From Nageia nagi (lineage: Eukaryota > Plantae > Pinophyta), in NCBI GenBank assembly GCA_050084985.1, contig JBITNC010000001.1:193006001-193070000 (forward strand): 64,000 nt of DNA. The letters are read 5' to 3'. The notes below the pieces were generated by a model. The model worked only from the letters and a program-made list of their open reading frames with translations. It did no database searches and was not told the origin of the DNA. How positions within the stretch are numbered: position 1 is the stretch's first letter; each line of letters begins with the position of its first letter. This document shows positions 10,444 through 24,700 of this stretch, one piece after another. A program made the translations under genes and the position numbers.

Positions 10444-11557
10444 GGTGAAGAATGATCAAGTTAAAAAAATAAATAAGTTAGTAAATGGATAAATATAAAA
10501 TATAAAACTTTATGCTAAAGTAGTGATTAATGATAAACAAAATAAGTAATATAATAAAAGAAAATCCAATAATTACTTAATGAAATAATTAGAAATATTT
10601 TGATAAAAATAGAACACAAGATCAAGGTGAAATTATATCCAATATGATGGTACATAAGAAATTAAAAATATACACCTGATATAGATCCCTTGCTTTTAAT
10701 TTTTTTGAAAACTTATTAGAAAAAATTGCAACTACTCAAATTTGAAGGGAACCCTTGCATGAAAATGAAATGAAAATTTTGGCACTAATTAGCACTATTA
10801 CAATAGTACAATCAAATATTGGTCACCCACTACAAAATTCAAATCTACCCACTTAATAATAATACATAGTCTGCTAACAAAATCTATTTAAACAAAACTA
10901 CAACTACAAATTTTGGTACTTATGTGCATATGCAAAAAGGATTGAGTGGCAAGCAATGGTAAGATTTTGATATACACACAATACTTATGATCTATTTTAG
11001 ATAAGGATTTGATGACGAGAAAACCTAAAAAATAACATTACTTTTCTACAAGAATATTTTTATAAATACACATTTGTGAGAATCATTTTAATAAATAAAT
11101 TATTTTTTATAACCATTTTAATAATTTTTCTTTTATAGAAATCCAAAATATACTTACATTAAATTTATTACATAAAATATAATATGAATCTTAAAAGTTT
11201 TAAGATTTAACCTATAAAAAAAAATATGTTAAATGCAAATGATTTCCACCATCGTGTACTAAAATACATCAGACAAATACATAAACACTTCTTACCAAAA
11301 TAATATTTTAAATACATAACAAAATCTCAAAGAACACTCGAGGGCCTCTTAACCTAAAATTACCCTACACTTCCCCCACGCTCCTTTGCATTCCTATCAA
11401 ATTTTATGCAAGCAAAAAACTCATTCTGGTGCAGTTGCAGTATTTGCCATAGCTTGCTCGAGACTACTTCTCTGTGATTTGTTTGTGTTTTCTGCGCGAA
11501 GCATTCTCACGGGCAATATCGCGGAGCAGAAGATCGAAACTAAGGGTTTTATATATA

Positions 11558-14500
11558 ATGGCGGTAAGATTGTATGCGAGCTGCATTTGAAATGTATATG
11601 AGGTTTTAGGGGACAGGATTAGGGTTTAATGTTTTTTTTTTGTCTTGCAGACCGAAAACTTGTTCAAAGAGGAGGCTACTGATGAGAAGGGTGAGCGCGC
11701 CAGAATGGTACGTCTTTCCATTTTAAACATCGCGGAAACAGCAAGTTTTTTTAGTGCGATTCGTAAGATAACTATGTTTATGGTGGTGTTTGTGGATTCA
11801 AAAGTTCGCCCAAACAACTCTGTATTCTTCTCTCATTTAAATGTCAAGTACTGTCGTTGGACAAAAGCCAACAGACGGCAATCAAAAAATCGATCCAACT
11901 CGTTTATTGTCAGTTGATAGCCGAGGCAATTTTACGGATAATTTTTGCCTCCATTTTAAGTTTCAATGAGTAAGAATCGACGGAAGTCCCGGGACATGAC
12001 TACGCTGAACGAGGACAGCTCTGTCATAGCCGGGTCAACGTTTGGCTCAAACGCAGTGGAAACTGATTTTTCATCAGTGGTTTGGTATGATGTCTTTGCC
12101 ATCATGCAGATTAAGCTTTTCACTCTAAGTTTCCGCATGTTAAAATTTTGCCCATGACATTTATTCACATGATATCGTTGCCTGTCAACATTTTGAGATG
12201 AGACATGGCACGTTTGCTGTCCAGAATGCAAGGCATTTGGTACTATCTGTGAGGAAAGCCATATGCCCTTCCATAAAGACAATGCCTGTTGCCATATCTA
12301 GTAAACTGTCAAAGTTGTAAGTGAAGAGTTATGAATCAGTTTCAGTTGATGGGCGTGACAAAGAGGGTTCCTACTTGTATTTCATTTGTGTTTGTTTTAT
12401 CACTCGAGTGAACTTCTCTTTGTTGTTTTGTCATTCTTGGATGGAGATGAAGTGCAATTTTAGAATTTTAATCATCTATAATTTTAAGCTAAAAAGTAGT
12501 AGCATTATTGTAACTTTATGTACTCTGATCTATTTAAATTGAGCCAACTGTGGTCTATAAAGTAGAAGGTGGATTGAGAAATAGCAGAGTCACTTTTCCA
12601 TGTATGGAAATCAACATGCAATTTGAAAAACCTGTTTCTAAACATTTAATTTAAATCATTATTCAATATACAGTTTCAGGAATTTCCTGTAAAATGTTTC
12701 TCACAGACATTCACATTTCTTTGTGCAATCTGATATATGCGTCTTGCTTGTCACATTTTGTATAGAGTTCTAGTTTTCTTAAGCCTTTTAGTTTCGATTG
12801 GAATATTATTTATTTTTGAAAGTATGAAACTTGTGAATATTATTGTTAGTATTCAAAGATATTTAATGTTTAAAGTATGAAAACAGTACATTTCATTATT
12901 AATATAATGGATTAATAATAATTACTTGATATAGCATGTGAAATGAAGTATTAAGCAAATATTTCATTGATTAAAAAAAATGCTAGATATTTTTTTTGAC
13001 ATTTAAAAAATATTTTTTTTGAGTATCTAAACTAGCTTACACTTTTGACATCTGTGATTGGAGTAACCTGCAGAATAAAGTATGATTTCAGAGAAATGAT
13101 TGGTTTTATTGTTGCTCTCATAAACAGATGATCGTCCCTTTCATAAAGACCACCTTAAAATTTCTGTTAAGCCACACCATACCAAAATGTTTAGGATGTT
13201 TGGAACAAGTAATTGGATCAGTCAAAATACCCTTTTTGTTTATTTTTTTTCTGCATAGAAATTGTAGTGAGGGAGAATGGCAGGTCAAACCACTTGATAA
13301 TTTTGCAAATTCTGGATAAATGTATTACAGATTCTACAGCTTTACAAAGAAGACAAAATCAAGAAAATTCGAATGCCTTTTTCTATCAAAATTAATTATG
13401 CGAAAAGCAACCTTTTGAAAAAATACTTCTCAAGTTCTAGACATCTGATAGAGATGCTCTGAAGAGGGCTTGAATAAAGGGATTCAATTTATTTGCATGT
13501 CCCACTGAATCTTATCACCCTACGCTCTCTCCAATCTTTATGGAACAACACAAGAAAATGGCTCAAGATAAGTCATCCTGTCCCTTTTCTGTCTTATAGG
13601 TCATTTTGACGTGTTTGTCTACCTTGAACACAGAAGTCATCAAAATATTTGACACACTGTTTTGCCCATGCAAGTGCAGAACAGTTCCTAATTTGTCTTC
13701 CATTTCTCAAGTATGTAGACACAAAATATAGGATTTTGTCCAATGAACTAACTTTAGTTCAAATTGTCCAAAGAAGAGAATGATATCGAGACCATTTTTT
13801 TAAGAATCCTCTAAATTAGGAATATTGATCAAAGCTTTTGAATCTTGCTAAATATTCTATGATGCAGGATGTGGAGCATAATTTCAAAACATTTTCCTGG
13901 ATCATGCCAGATTAATATGTCCAAAATAGTAATTATACTTTATTTCGAGAAAAGTGTAATGTAGTAATAAGTTTCAACTAAAGATTGTAACAGACTATAT
14001 GTGAATTATATGGCCATATGAAAATATCTAGATCTTTGAAGCGAAATGCACTGCAATTTATTATGTTATAATGCGTTTTAACTTTTGCCTTTTAAAGTGT
14101 GATATCACTTTATCAAACACCAAGTAGTTAAACTTCCCATATGGTGGGTACTCACAAGAAGTCTGGCTGAGTAGATCAGAACAAGTTATTGAGGTTAACT
14201 GAGTTTTTGCTGGTTTTATAGTTGGCTTGCAATTTTCTGTTGTGCCATGAGTTTTCCTGTTTTATTTAAAAAATCAATATTTGAACATGCTTTTATTCCT
14301 GATTTTTTTGGGAGCCGAGTTTTTCCCAAACCATCTATTAGGAATTGTTATGTAATTTATTTTAATATTTGTAATTTGGATCCTATTAAATGGATTAATT
14401 TGTATTCCTCTGTTATCAAAGTGATCTAGCAAATTTAGACAGGAATTGTTTATGCTAATCTGGTTTAACATTATCCTTAGTATACTGTTAGATCTATGAA

Positions 14501-17500
14501 TTTTGGTATTAAAACGTTTATTTTTTAAGCATTGTTGAAAGAAATGTTGTTAGCTATATTTATGCTGCATTGAAATGGAAATAAACCTGATTTGATTTGA
14601 TTTGATTATGAATATAGATTGCAAGAAGACTTATTAAGAACAGGAAGAACTATAAGTTATATATTAATTATAATAAACTATCAAATAAATCTTCTCTGAT
14701 GCAGGCATCATTTATTGGTGGCATGGCAATTGCTGACCTTGTAAAGACAACTTTAGGACCGAAAGGAATGGTACTATTTCTTTTAGTTATCTTGCTATTT
14801 TTCATTTTCAGATGTTGAATTTGCATGTTTAATATTTATAAAGACTTAGTACAATCAGTATCATTGTAAATTACTTTTTCTAATTTCTGAAGAACTGTTC
14901 AATGTGCATTTCTAATCAAGAAAATTTTTACAAACAAATTATTTTCTTCTAATGCATAAGATTAGCTGGGTTTAAGTTGTCACTAGGCTTAGGACTGAAT
15001 TCATGACATATTTTAGCCCATTCTTATGTCCTTTGCAGGACAAAATTTTGCAATCCACAGGAAGGGGACATAGTGTGACTGTTACAAATGATGGTGCTAC
15101 CATCTTGAAATCTCTTCATATAGATAACCCTGCTGCCAAAGTCATGGTTGGTATCCTTGCTGTAACTGAGCAGCTTAGCTATAGGATTCAATGCTATATG
15201 GTATAAATGTTATTTGAACTTTTCCAGTGGTTTCCTTGAACCATTATCGATTAGGTATCTCCAGATCACAAGATTCAATGTTATAGGTTTTAAAAACTAT
15301 TTTCCAATTGTTGCCTTAAATGAGTAACTTAGCTATGATTTCAATGTTATATAGTGTCTATGTTATTTGCACTTTTCTGCTTGTTGCCTTAAACTATTAT
15401 CAATTAGACATCTCCAAAGTACAAGATGATGAAGTAGGCGATGGAACCACCTCTGTGGTTGTTTTAGCGGGTGAACTTCTGAGGGAGGCAGAAAAGCTAG
15501 TAGCAATGAAGATTCATCCAATGACAATAATATCTGGTAAGCACTGGAATTCTGGACATTCGAATTTATTTATTGTTATCATTTATTGCTGGCTTCAAGT
15601 TTAGGCTACAAGTGTATGCATATGAGTTTTCTTGTTATGTTTGAAGTATGTAAGTCTATGTATTAGTATTAACTGCATGTATTTGATGATACTAGATAAG
15701 CCTGTGGAATAATGTTGTCATAGAACATAATGGATCTTACATGACATTTGAAGAATATGAAAATTGTTTGCATAATTGAAATTGTTACTTGGACAGTCTT
15801 AATACAGTAAGTCAATTACTTCATTTATGGATTAACAACAGGATATAGGATGGCTGCTGAGTGCGCACGGAATGCATTAGAGAAACGGGTCTGGGACAAT
15901 AAGGGGGATGCTGGTAAACCTGCTTGATTATCTTATATGTTGTGAATATGAGTTTTTGGGTTAATGTTGAATTTTTTCTAATAATTTTTCTTAGTAAAAT
16001 ATGGATACCCATAGTAAATATTTGAAAGTCAACTTTTTAATATGTAAAGTGTGTATCCGGTGACTAGTAATACATTTGAGAATGTTTTGAATTGTCCTCA
16101 GATAAATTGGATTTATTCAGATTGATTGTTTGACTTTTGGACCTACTATGTCCACTGCAGAAAGGTTTCGTTCAGATCTGATGAATATTGCAATGACTAC
16201 TCTGAGCTCCAAAATCCTTTCACAGGACAAAGAGCATTTTGCAAATTTGGCTGTTGATGCAGTGATGCGTTTGAAAGTAAGTTTGGTTATAGGCATCTTC
16301 TATTGCTTGTGTATGTATCATGGAAATAGCAGGAAAAGTTACTTGTTCTGAATGATTGTCACAAATAGACTCCATTGTTGAGAGAAATTTATATGATTTT
16401 GGTATCAAATATACAAGAATGGGCACACCCTTCCCTCATATTTGAAGATATCTCTGGTCACCTCAGGCCCTTTGATTTCAATTTTCCTCCTATAATTTGT
16501 GTTATATTACAATGATTTGGTGTGAGCGTCCAATCAGTATTTAGTTTTCAGTTCTTGGTATTTATCTTGTTTAGTTGTACATGACACTAAGTGATTTTTT
16601 TAAATTTTCATTCAGGGCAGTACAAACTTGGAATCAATACAGATTATTAAAAAAGCAGGGGGATCTTTAAAGGACTCCTTCCTGGATGAAGGGTAATGTT
16701 TAATCACCTCTTTTTCCGTTTTTGATTATCAAGATGCTATGTGCTAAGTGAATTGTGCTTGACAGTCATCCATTGTCTATATGTTTAAATGGTGCTTCTA
16801 TTCTGAACATTACTGCATGCCTGGTTGATTTGTCTACAGGCTTTGTTTGCGCTGCAATTTGTGATTGTAATATGTTTTAAATTTATGTCTGATCAAGGAA
16901 CTTTTTTTCTTGTTCCTTGGTTGTCAATATTACATCCAGTTAATATCATGAATTGAAAAATATAATTTTTCCAATCATTTGAATTAAATAGCTTAACTTC
17001 TACTTGGCAATAACTCAGCATGGCCAAAGTGTAAGTTTTTTTGACTCAGGAGTAAATTTGAAAAATATGGTAGAGGAGTTGGGCCATAAAATCAAATACA
17101 AGAATATTTTGACCTAGTATGTAAAATGTTTTTCTGAGTTTTTCAAAGTGTCTCAGCTGTTCAATTCTTTTTTGAGTAATTTTGCCTCTGAGCCAAGTAG
17201 ATATACAGTTTGGCTTGAGAAGACTGGCTAGTGGCAATTTAAGGTCTGTGATAATCATACTGTCTAGTTTCTGGAAACTTTGGTAGCAATCTAAGGTTGA
17301 ACTTTGAGTAATGGAGAAACATTTAGTAAATTAAACATGTTTTTTTGTATTAATCGTTTGCACAAATTCAAACCTATTTGTAAAATCCTAGCTAAACCTA
17401 TTAAATGTGAACTTTTATTGAAATCACCATAATAGGCAAATGACTGCCTCTAGAGAGTTCCTGTCAGAAGTCTCTTTATATTATGCACAAAAACCATAAC

Positions 17501-20268
17501 TACAAGAGGAATCATTAATATTACATTCCATGGCATTTGCTTTATGGAAAAGTTCTGCTTACTATCTTTTCAAATTATACTAAAATATCTTTATCTTGTT
17601 CATTTACTGACTTTTTTTTGCAAACAACATGGAAACTGATTTGGTCATAAAGTATGCAACCAGGAATGGATATATCAATGTGAACTTTTTTTGAAATTTC
17701 CATAATGGACAAATGACTGCCTCTAGAGAGTTCCTGTCAGAAGTCTCTTTATATTATGCACAATAACCATAACTACAATAGGAATAATTAATATTGCATT
17801 CCATGGCATTTGCTTTATGGAAAAGTTCTGTTTACTATCTTTTAAAATTATACTAAAATAGCTTTATCTTGTCCATTTACTGACTTGTTTTTGCGAACAA
17901 CATGGAAAATGATTTGGTCATAAAGTATGCAACCAAGAATGAATATATCAATGTGATCTTTTATTGAAATTACCATAGTGGCCTAATGACTGCCTCTAGA
18001 GAGTTCCTGTCAGAAGTCTCTTTATATATGCATTTGAAATGTATCTGACGGGGTTGGTCCCCTTATGTATGCTTATTAGTGATATATATACCAGTTCTTT
18101 AAATAACTCCATTTCTTGCAATAGAATCTCAATCTACCATTTATTTGCCTTTTTGAAATTGCTAGCTGTAGCGTGTTACCTCTGTATATTGGTTGTTTTG
18201 CTACATTAGGACTGATCTTCTCTTTGCAAAACTTGTGCATAGACATCATTTATTTTCTTTTTCAAGGCATCAGTTTCTTCATGTAGTTTATCAATAAGCA
18301 CAATATTTTCCTGCAGATCTTTCCTGAATCTGATTAATGATTGTTCTTTAGGCTATATGTATATTGGGGAGCATGTGGTCAGAGTCATTCTTTAATATTC
18401 TATTTTCTTTCAGCTGCATCTCTGGATCAGAAGATCCAGTTAATTCTAACTTGTTTCTGTTCCTCCTATAAATCCTATAAATAATTTTTAATAGCCTTTT
18501 GTTTTTCATTATTTGTGTGTTAGGATCATAAGTTGGATGAGAGGAGGGTTCAAAATTTTGTTTCCGTAGATATTAAACAAGAGGATTGCATTTTCTTTTC
18601 CATCACCTAGTATGCTTGTTCTTGCTTACAATTTTCTCTATAATTTTTTAAACGCATGTTTTTGAAGTTTGTAATTTGATAGCAAAACTTTTATCCAAGT
18701 TGAATTGGTTTCCTGGTAAACAACGATAAATTAGTAGGTGGTTGTGAACATGAATACAAAATATTACTGGACAGATTAAAATTTGATTTTTCACTATAGA
18801 CTTTGATTTTGTTGGGAAATAAATAAGAACTTGCATTTGGTTTTTCAGGTTCATATTAGACAAAAAAATTGGTGTTGGCCAGCCAAAGCGTATTGAAAAT
18901 GCAAAGATTTTGGTATCTAATACAGCTATGGATACTGATAAGATTAAAATATACGGAGCTCGTGTACGTGTTGATTCAATGGCAAAGGTTGCTGAGATTG
19001 AGACGGCAGAAAAAGAGAAAATGAGGAAGAAAGTGCAGAAAATAATTGCGCATGGGATTAATTGCTTCGTTAACAGACAGCTAATTTATAATTTTCCCGA
19101 GGAGCTGTTTGCCGATGCTGGTATACTTGCAATTGAGCATGCGGATTTTGATGGTATTGAACGGTTGGCTCTCGTCACAGGAGGAGAAATTGCTTCCACA
19201 TTTGATAACCCAGAATCGGTTAAACTTGGGCATTGTAAGCTTATTGAGGAAATCATGATAGGCGAGGATAAGCTAATTCACTTTTCAGGAGTTGAAATGG
19301 GGCAAGCATGCACTATAGTATTAAGAGGAGCTAGGTGATTATGACTAAATCTCATCTGTATTTTATTGTAAATGTCATCTTTTATATTTTTTAATAAATA
19401 TTTCATTCGCGATATTAAAATGTGTTTTATGTCCTGTTGAAAATTATGTCTTGAGCCTGCAAAGCATATATTGGATAAGCATTTTCAAAGCCTTGTATTC
19501 TTTGTTGCCATCTCTAGTTCTAATGTTGCTTGAAATCAATTTGTCAAATGATGTTAGTTTGTATTTGATTGCTGACTTGTATGTTTATTCTACAATTGTT
19601 AGTTAATGTGAGATGTTTTTGGGCTCTAATGTTTTTGTTGGCAACTCTTCTAAGAGATTGACATTAATTGCTTTTGCAGTTTCCATTTATTGGATGAAGC
19701 AGAGAGGTCTTTGCATGATGCGTTGTGTGTGCTTTCCCAAACTGTGCAAGACAGTAGAGTTCTTCTTGGAGGTGGCTGGCCTGAAATGCTTATGGCAAAG
19801 CAAGTGGAAGAACTTGCTAGGACTACACCAGGGAAGAAGTCTCTGGCAATTGATGCTTTTTCAAATGCACTAAGGCAAATTCCAAGTATTATTGCAGACA
19901 ATGCTGGCCTAGACAGTGCTGATTTAGTTTCACAACTTCGTGCAGAGCATCATCAAGAAAACTCAAAATCGGGGATTGATGTTATAACAGGATCTGTGAG
20001 TTTTTAGTTTTATTGCTTTCGTTTCCAATTTCAAAACCCATTAAATGTTTCATGGTTTATTAGTTGCAGTACTAAGATGGTAAATTTAAATTTAGTTCTG
20101 ATATAAAAAAATTGGTTGTAGGTTGGAGATATGGAAAAGCTTGGAATTTTTGAAGCATTCAAAGTTAAACAAGCTGTGTTGCTCTCTGCGACTGAGGCTT
20201 CAGAGATGATTTTGAGAGTAGACGAGGTCATTAGCTGTGCTCCTAGGAAGAGAGAGAATAGAATGTAG
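11558..20268 (+). CDS. CCT2: T-complex protein 1 subunit beta (CCT-beta), 527 aa, 11 exons
   Basis: join(11558-11563,11651-11707,14705-14770,15039-15150,15408-15536,15842-15913,16161-16276,16616-16692,18849-19334,19680-19995,20122-20268) is 1584 nt, in frame, with all introns GT-AG. Motifs: [41 protein letters not shown] and C-terminal [10 protein letters not shown]. Confidence 0.97.
11619..11627 (-). promoter_or_regulatory. Telo-box (AAACCCTAA) in CCT2 intron 1
   Basis: TTAGGGTTT on the + strand. Telo-boxes are typical of the 5' regions of plant translation and protein-biogenesis genes. Confidence 0.5.
15151..15407 (+). other. U12-type (minor spliceosome) GT-AG intron 4 of CCT2
   Basis: 5' splice site GTATCCTT. 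Branch-like TTGCCTTAAAC at 15384-15394, 13 nt before the AG. No polypyrimidine tract. Confidence 0.85.
17405..18027 (+). repeat. 273-bp tandem repeat (about 2.3 copies) in CCT2 intron 8
   Basis: TGACTGCCTCTAGAGAGTTCCTGTCAGAAGTCTCTTTATAT at 17441, 17714 and 17987. Confidence 0.93.
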
Positions 20269-21123
20269 TATCAGAAGGGAATTTACTAATGAGTGACAGA
20301 TGGCTGCATCTGTAGTTAGAAACATCCACCTAGATGATATTTATGTTGTCTTTGGTGGCTTCTTGTGTTCTGTCGATTTTGATTAGATTAACTCCAACCG
20401 TGAACATTCTAATTAGCTTGTTTTATTGCCTGATGATTCCCAAATTAAAGCTATCTGTTTGGCCAGTAACAGTTTTATTTTTGTTCGAACTTCATAGCAT
20501 TGGTTGTGTAAAAATTGAAATTAATTTAGAATATTTTTTTACTTACTTTGAAATCAAATTCCCACATGCCATATTCGTTCCAATTGTTCATCATTAAAAT
20601 TTGTGTTTGGAACAAGTTTATTAGATATTAACAACCTTGTTCTCTTTTATACTAGTCTCTTTTTTTACACCAAATTCGTTGGTATATATATATATTTTCC
20701 ATCGAATAATATTATTTTTTTCAACAAAACTGTTCAATATATTATTTGGGTGAAATTTCTATGATCTTTTGCGAGTCTTTTGCATTGAATTTTCATTCAA
20801 GTTGGATTCATTCTAAAATAACCCTATTCATTACCGTATATACATGTACTTTAAAGTTTTCAATAAATCATTGCTAAACTTCCTAATTTATGTTGCATGT
20901 CACAAGCAGTTGATTGATTGAAATTTGATGCAATTAATTTTGATATTATTAATCTTGATGTGAGGAAGTGATGAACTGAGGAAGATAGTTGGGGATTGAT
21001 TACTCAAGAAGGCAGTTAGGGTTTGTTAGGAAGTTGAACAGCTATGGAAGCTGAAAGGTCATAGTATTTAAAGAGTTAGGGTAAATGAAAAGTTAGGTTT
21101 TGCACCCTGATTGTAATATTATA

Positions 21124-21700
21124 AAAAACACCATCACTGATTTGCCACATATATAGGCCCAAAGAATAGTGTAACAAACCAAGATTGATCATCTCAAAAA
21201 TATTTTTCATCCTAGTCCTCATACCTTGAATTTTTGTAAGAAAATTTTCTATAATAATCAAGGTATTTTTATAATTTTTAATTAATAAGAAAAGTATCTA
21301 TTTTATCATACTATTCATTTGGTGAATTCTGCAAGCTATATGCTAACTTTAACTTGTAAGCTAGAGGATTAGACTAAACTTTCACAAATCATAATAGTTG
21401 TACCATGCACATATTCTCCTTTTGAGTAATCATCAACTAATGAACTCTTCATATTTATTTGGTGGATCTTCTAAATAAAATAAAAACCCATGTTTTATGC
21501 AAGGTGAATAGAATCCATATTGGCTACTTGAATAAACATCTTTTTATAGTCAACACCTTTCTTATGAGAATATGCCTTAGATACTAATTGAGCTCTATGT
21601 TTCTCCACTTCACACTTAATATGTACTTTATCTTGTAGATCTATTTACACAACAATATTTTTACCATATAGTCTCAAAATTAACTTCTATTTATTGTTTC
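21124..21700 (-). mobile_element. Old copia reverse-transcriptase remnant
   Basis: The minus strand reads IFEMINLGLLHYSLGL.MWQ.SDG. Homologous to 33714-34230. Confidence 0.7.
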
Positions 21701-21719
21701 TCAATTTGTTTATCTTTCG

Positions 21720-24700
21720 AGTTGTAAGGAGGAAACCCTTTTGAAGTGGTTTGCCATTCGTATTGCTATTTAGTAAAGATATCTTATTGTGCTATCTTCT
21801 TGCAATCCCAAATCGTATTTATTTTGATGTATATTTTGTTAAAATCTTGAAGCTTTGTTGTTATTTCCATTATTTGAAGCTATTTGGGATATGTTTCTTT
21901 TTAAGATTTTCTAGATTCCCAACAACTAGTATTAGAGCTCGATCTTGGCAACTATGGTTGAAGAACAAGATCTATTTTGAAGACTAGGATCATTGTTGAA
22001 GAAGAAGCAACTTTTGAAGACCAACATTGGTTGTAGGCCACGAACTGTTAACTCCATTTATGAAATGAAACTCTACCAAAAGTTTTACAAAAATATCTCC
22101 AAATCAAATTCTTAGACCATATTGTGATACCTATTTATGAGTTGATCATTTTGGTATATTGGGTTATGTGTTTTTAGGTCAAAAATTTCAGTCCTTGTAG
22201 GGTGCTTATTTTGTGAAACCCACCATTTTGAAAACCGTCATTTTTCATGTCAAAAACAGTAGCTTCCATAACAAGTAAAAAGTTTAGATGCTAATATCTC
22301 CTAAACCATTAAGAATAAACAAAAATCGAATTACTTGTTATCTTTGGTAATGATTTTTAGAAAATAAAAAAGGTCCGTAACTTCAAAAATAATCACTTTG
22401 AGACCTAGCCCAATGTGACCATCTTTTTATGTTAATTGTTTTGATATATAATATCCATACAAATTTTTTAGCTTCTAAAAATAGTAGTTTCTAAAAATAG
22501 TAAGTTGGGTCTTAGACATTGACAATTTTTTCAAGTAGCTAAATCCCATACAAAAGTCCAAAGGAAGAAGATTTCAAGACTTGGAAAAATTGGCACATGA
22601 GATTTAAGTAGATCAATGATATGTTGACTCAATTCAACCTCAAAAATGCCTTTGATAACTTGGAGATAAGAATAACATGGTTAAATACCAAATATGATGC
22701 CCTAAACAAGAACCTGGAAGTAGTCCAACAAATGGCATGATCAAATACAAGAACACAATCTCCAAACACTTCGTGTTTAGGTTCTCATTAATTTGCTAGA
22801 CCAACATAACAATTTTTTTTGATTAGATTGGAGGATGGATTTTTGAAAGGAATCCTAACCTTTTACACAGCAAATTCCTAAGAAGATATTACAAATGAGC
22901 TCATATGAGAGATGCAGGCTGATAGGTGACCAATTCTAAAAGCCCAAATTCAAATTTGGCACAAACATTTGCCATCAAAATCTTCGAAATTGGAAACAAA
23001 ACTAAAAGGTTGTAGATCTAAGCTACAAAAGGCCACAAAACAAAGAGATAAAGCCACAAACGACAACCAACAATGAAGAGCTCAAGAGACCAAGATGATG
23101 GGGAGATAACTCAACCCATCATCCTAAAGTTTTTCAACTTATCGGTAGATAATTTCCCTCGTTTAGGGTTTTCAAACCCCAAACTTTGCATTAGTTTCCC
23201 TCGCTTAGGGTTTCCTAACCCCAAACTTTGCACTATCTTAAGCTAACAAGCCTTGGTTTCTCCTGGTCTTCAAGGTCTTCTAAACATATAATGACACCAC
23301 TCTACTATTATGCACTTATCCTTAAGACATTTGCCACCATTTCGAATAATGCCCATACATTACTCATACATGGGAAGCGTCCGAACCAATGCCCATACAT
23401 TGCTCAATCTCGATGATAATCCTTTGAGCACTCCCATACAAAGTCTAGTCATAGAAAAAGGCCACCAAGCAACGCCCATTCATTGCTCAATCGTAACGAA
23501 AGACCCCTAAACAATGCCCATATGTTGCTTAATCCTACTATGAACCCTCTAAACCACTCCCACACAGCGTTCATATCATGCTCAACCAGTGGGCTCAATG
23601 CTACCTATTGGTAAAGGAAAAATATGCCCATACAGTCCAATCCTCAACCAACAAAACCCTCCAACAAAAATAATTAATGAAACATTGACCAACAACATGA
23701 AACACACAACCATCCCAAGTCCAACGAACTCCCTAGATCTCACTGATGATGGCACACCCTATCACCCCCGATAGCCCAGACTCTCTGTTGATTTGAAATA
23801 TTCAAAATGAGTAGGAGCCCCAAAGCCATATTGTTTTCACCCAAAAATCTTGTTTGCAATAAAATTGCCTCGAGAATCCCTAACAACCATTTGAGGCTCT
23901 GCCAATTCATCCCCATGGAGATTGCTGAATCCCTAGAACTCCAACATCTTCACTTGTAGCAACAACAAGCTCACACACCACCAATACACATTCGATAATA
24001 TAGGGAACCCTACAAAGGATCCCAAATAAAGAGAAGAGGGTTGAAACCCTCCTTCCTATGTTGTACAAACAACACAAATACCCCCACAAGAAGGCTCAAG
24101 CCAAACCAGTCCATAAGCAAAAACATAGATGATGATCCTGCCTCCGACCATATCTGCCCTTGTAATCCCTGACACTCCTGACCCACAAGCTTGGCCACCC
24201 TCACGAACAAGAAAGCCATCCCCTATCAGCCAAAATCGACAAGTAATGAGGTTGCCATCATCTTCATCCTTTGCCCCATCGTTGCCATTGCATTCTTCGT
24301 ATGCTAGAAACCCTAGCCATCCTTTACTGCTCTACCCCATCACAGATTTTTTTTCACTTGGTGATCTATGACTCTCCCTAACTTACAAAAAAAATATAAC
24401 AAATGCACTATGGTCCTCAATAAAAATTCATACTTATAAGAAAAACTAAGATTATTTAAAATTTGATGGCGATGAAGCAACCAATTGGATTTATTGGGTG
24501 AAACAATATTTCTCATTGAACCAAATTTCAAAGGCATATAATGTCAACATTATATTGTTCCATCTTGATCATGAAGCCATCCATTTGGTACCAATGGTGT
24601 GAAAAAATAAATGAAGTCCTTGTGGGGAGAGGATTCATAGACAAATTCTTCGTTAGATTTGGCCTAAGTGATTTTGAAGATTTTAGAAGAGCTCTAGGTA

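Noticed and set aside
11626-14471. Short ORFs inside CCT2 introns and other 60-100 aa ORFs across the window
   Set aside because: No recognisable domains; they are consistent with chance ORFs or with exon and TE fragments already explained.
11708-14704. Intronic snoRNAs in the long CCT2 intron 2
   Set aside because: No convincing RTGATGA..CTGA pair with a terminal stem was found by eye; an Rfam scan is needed.
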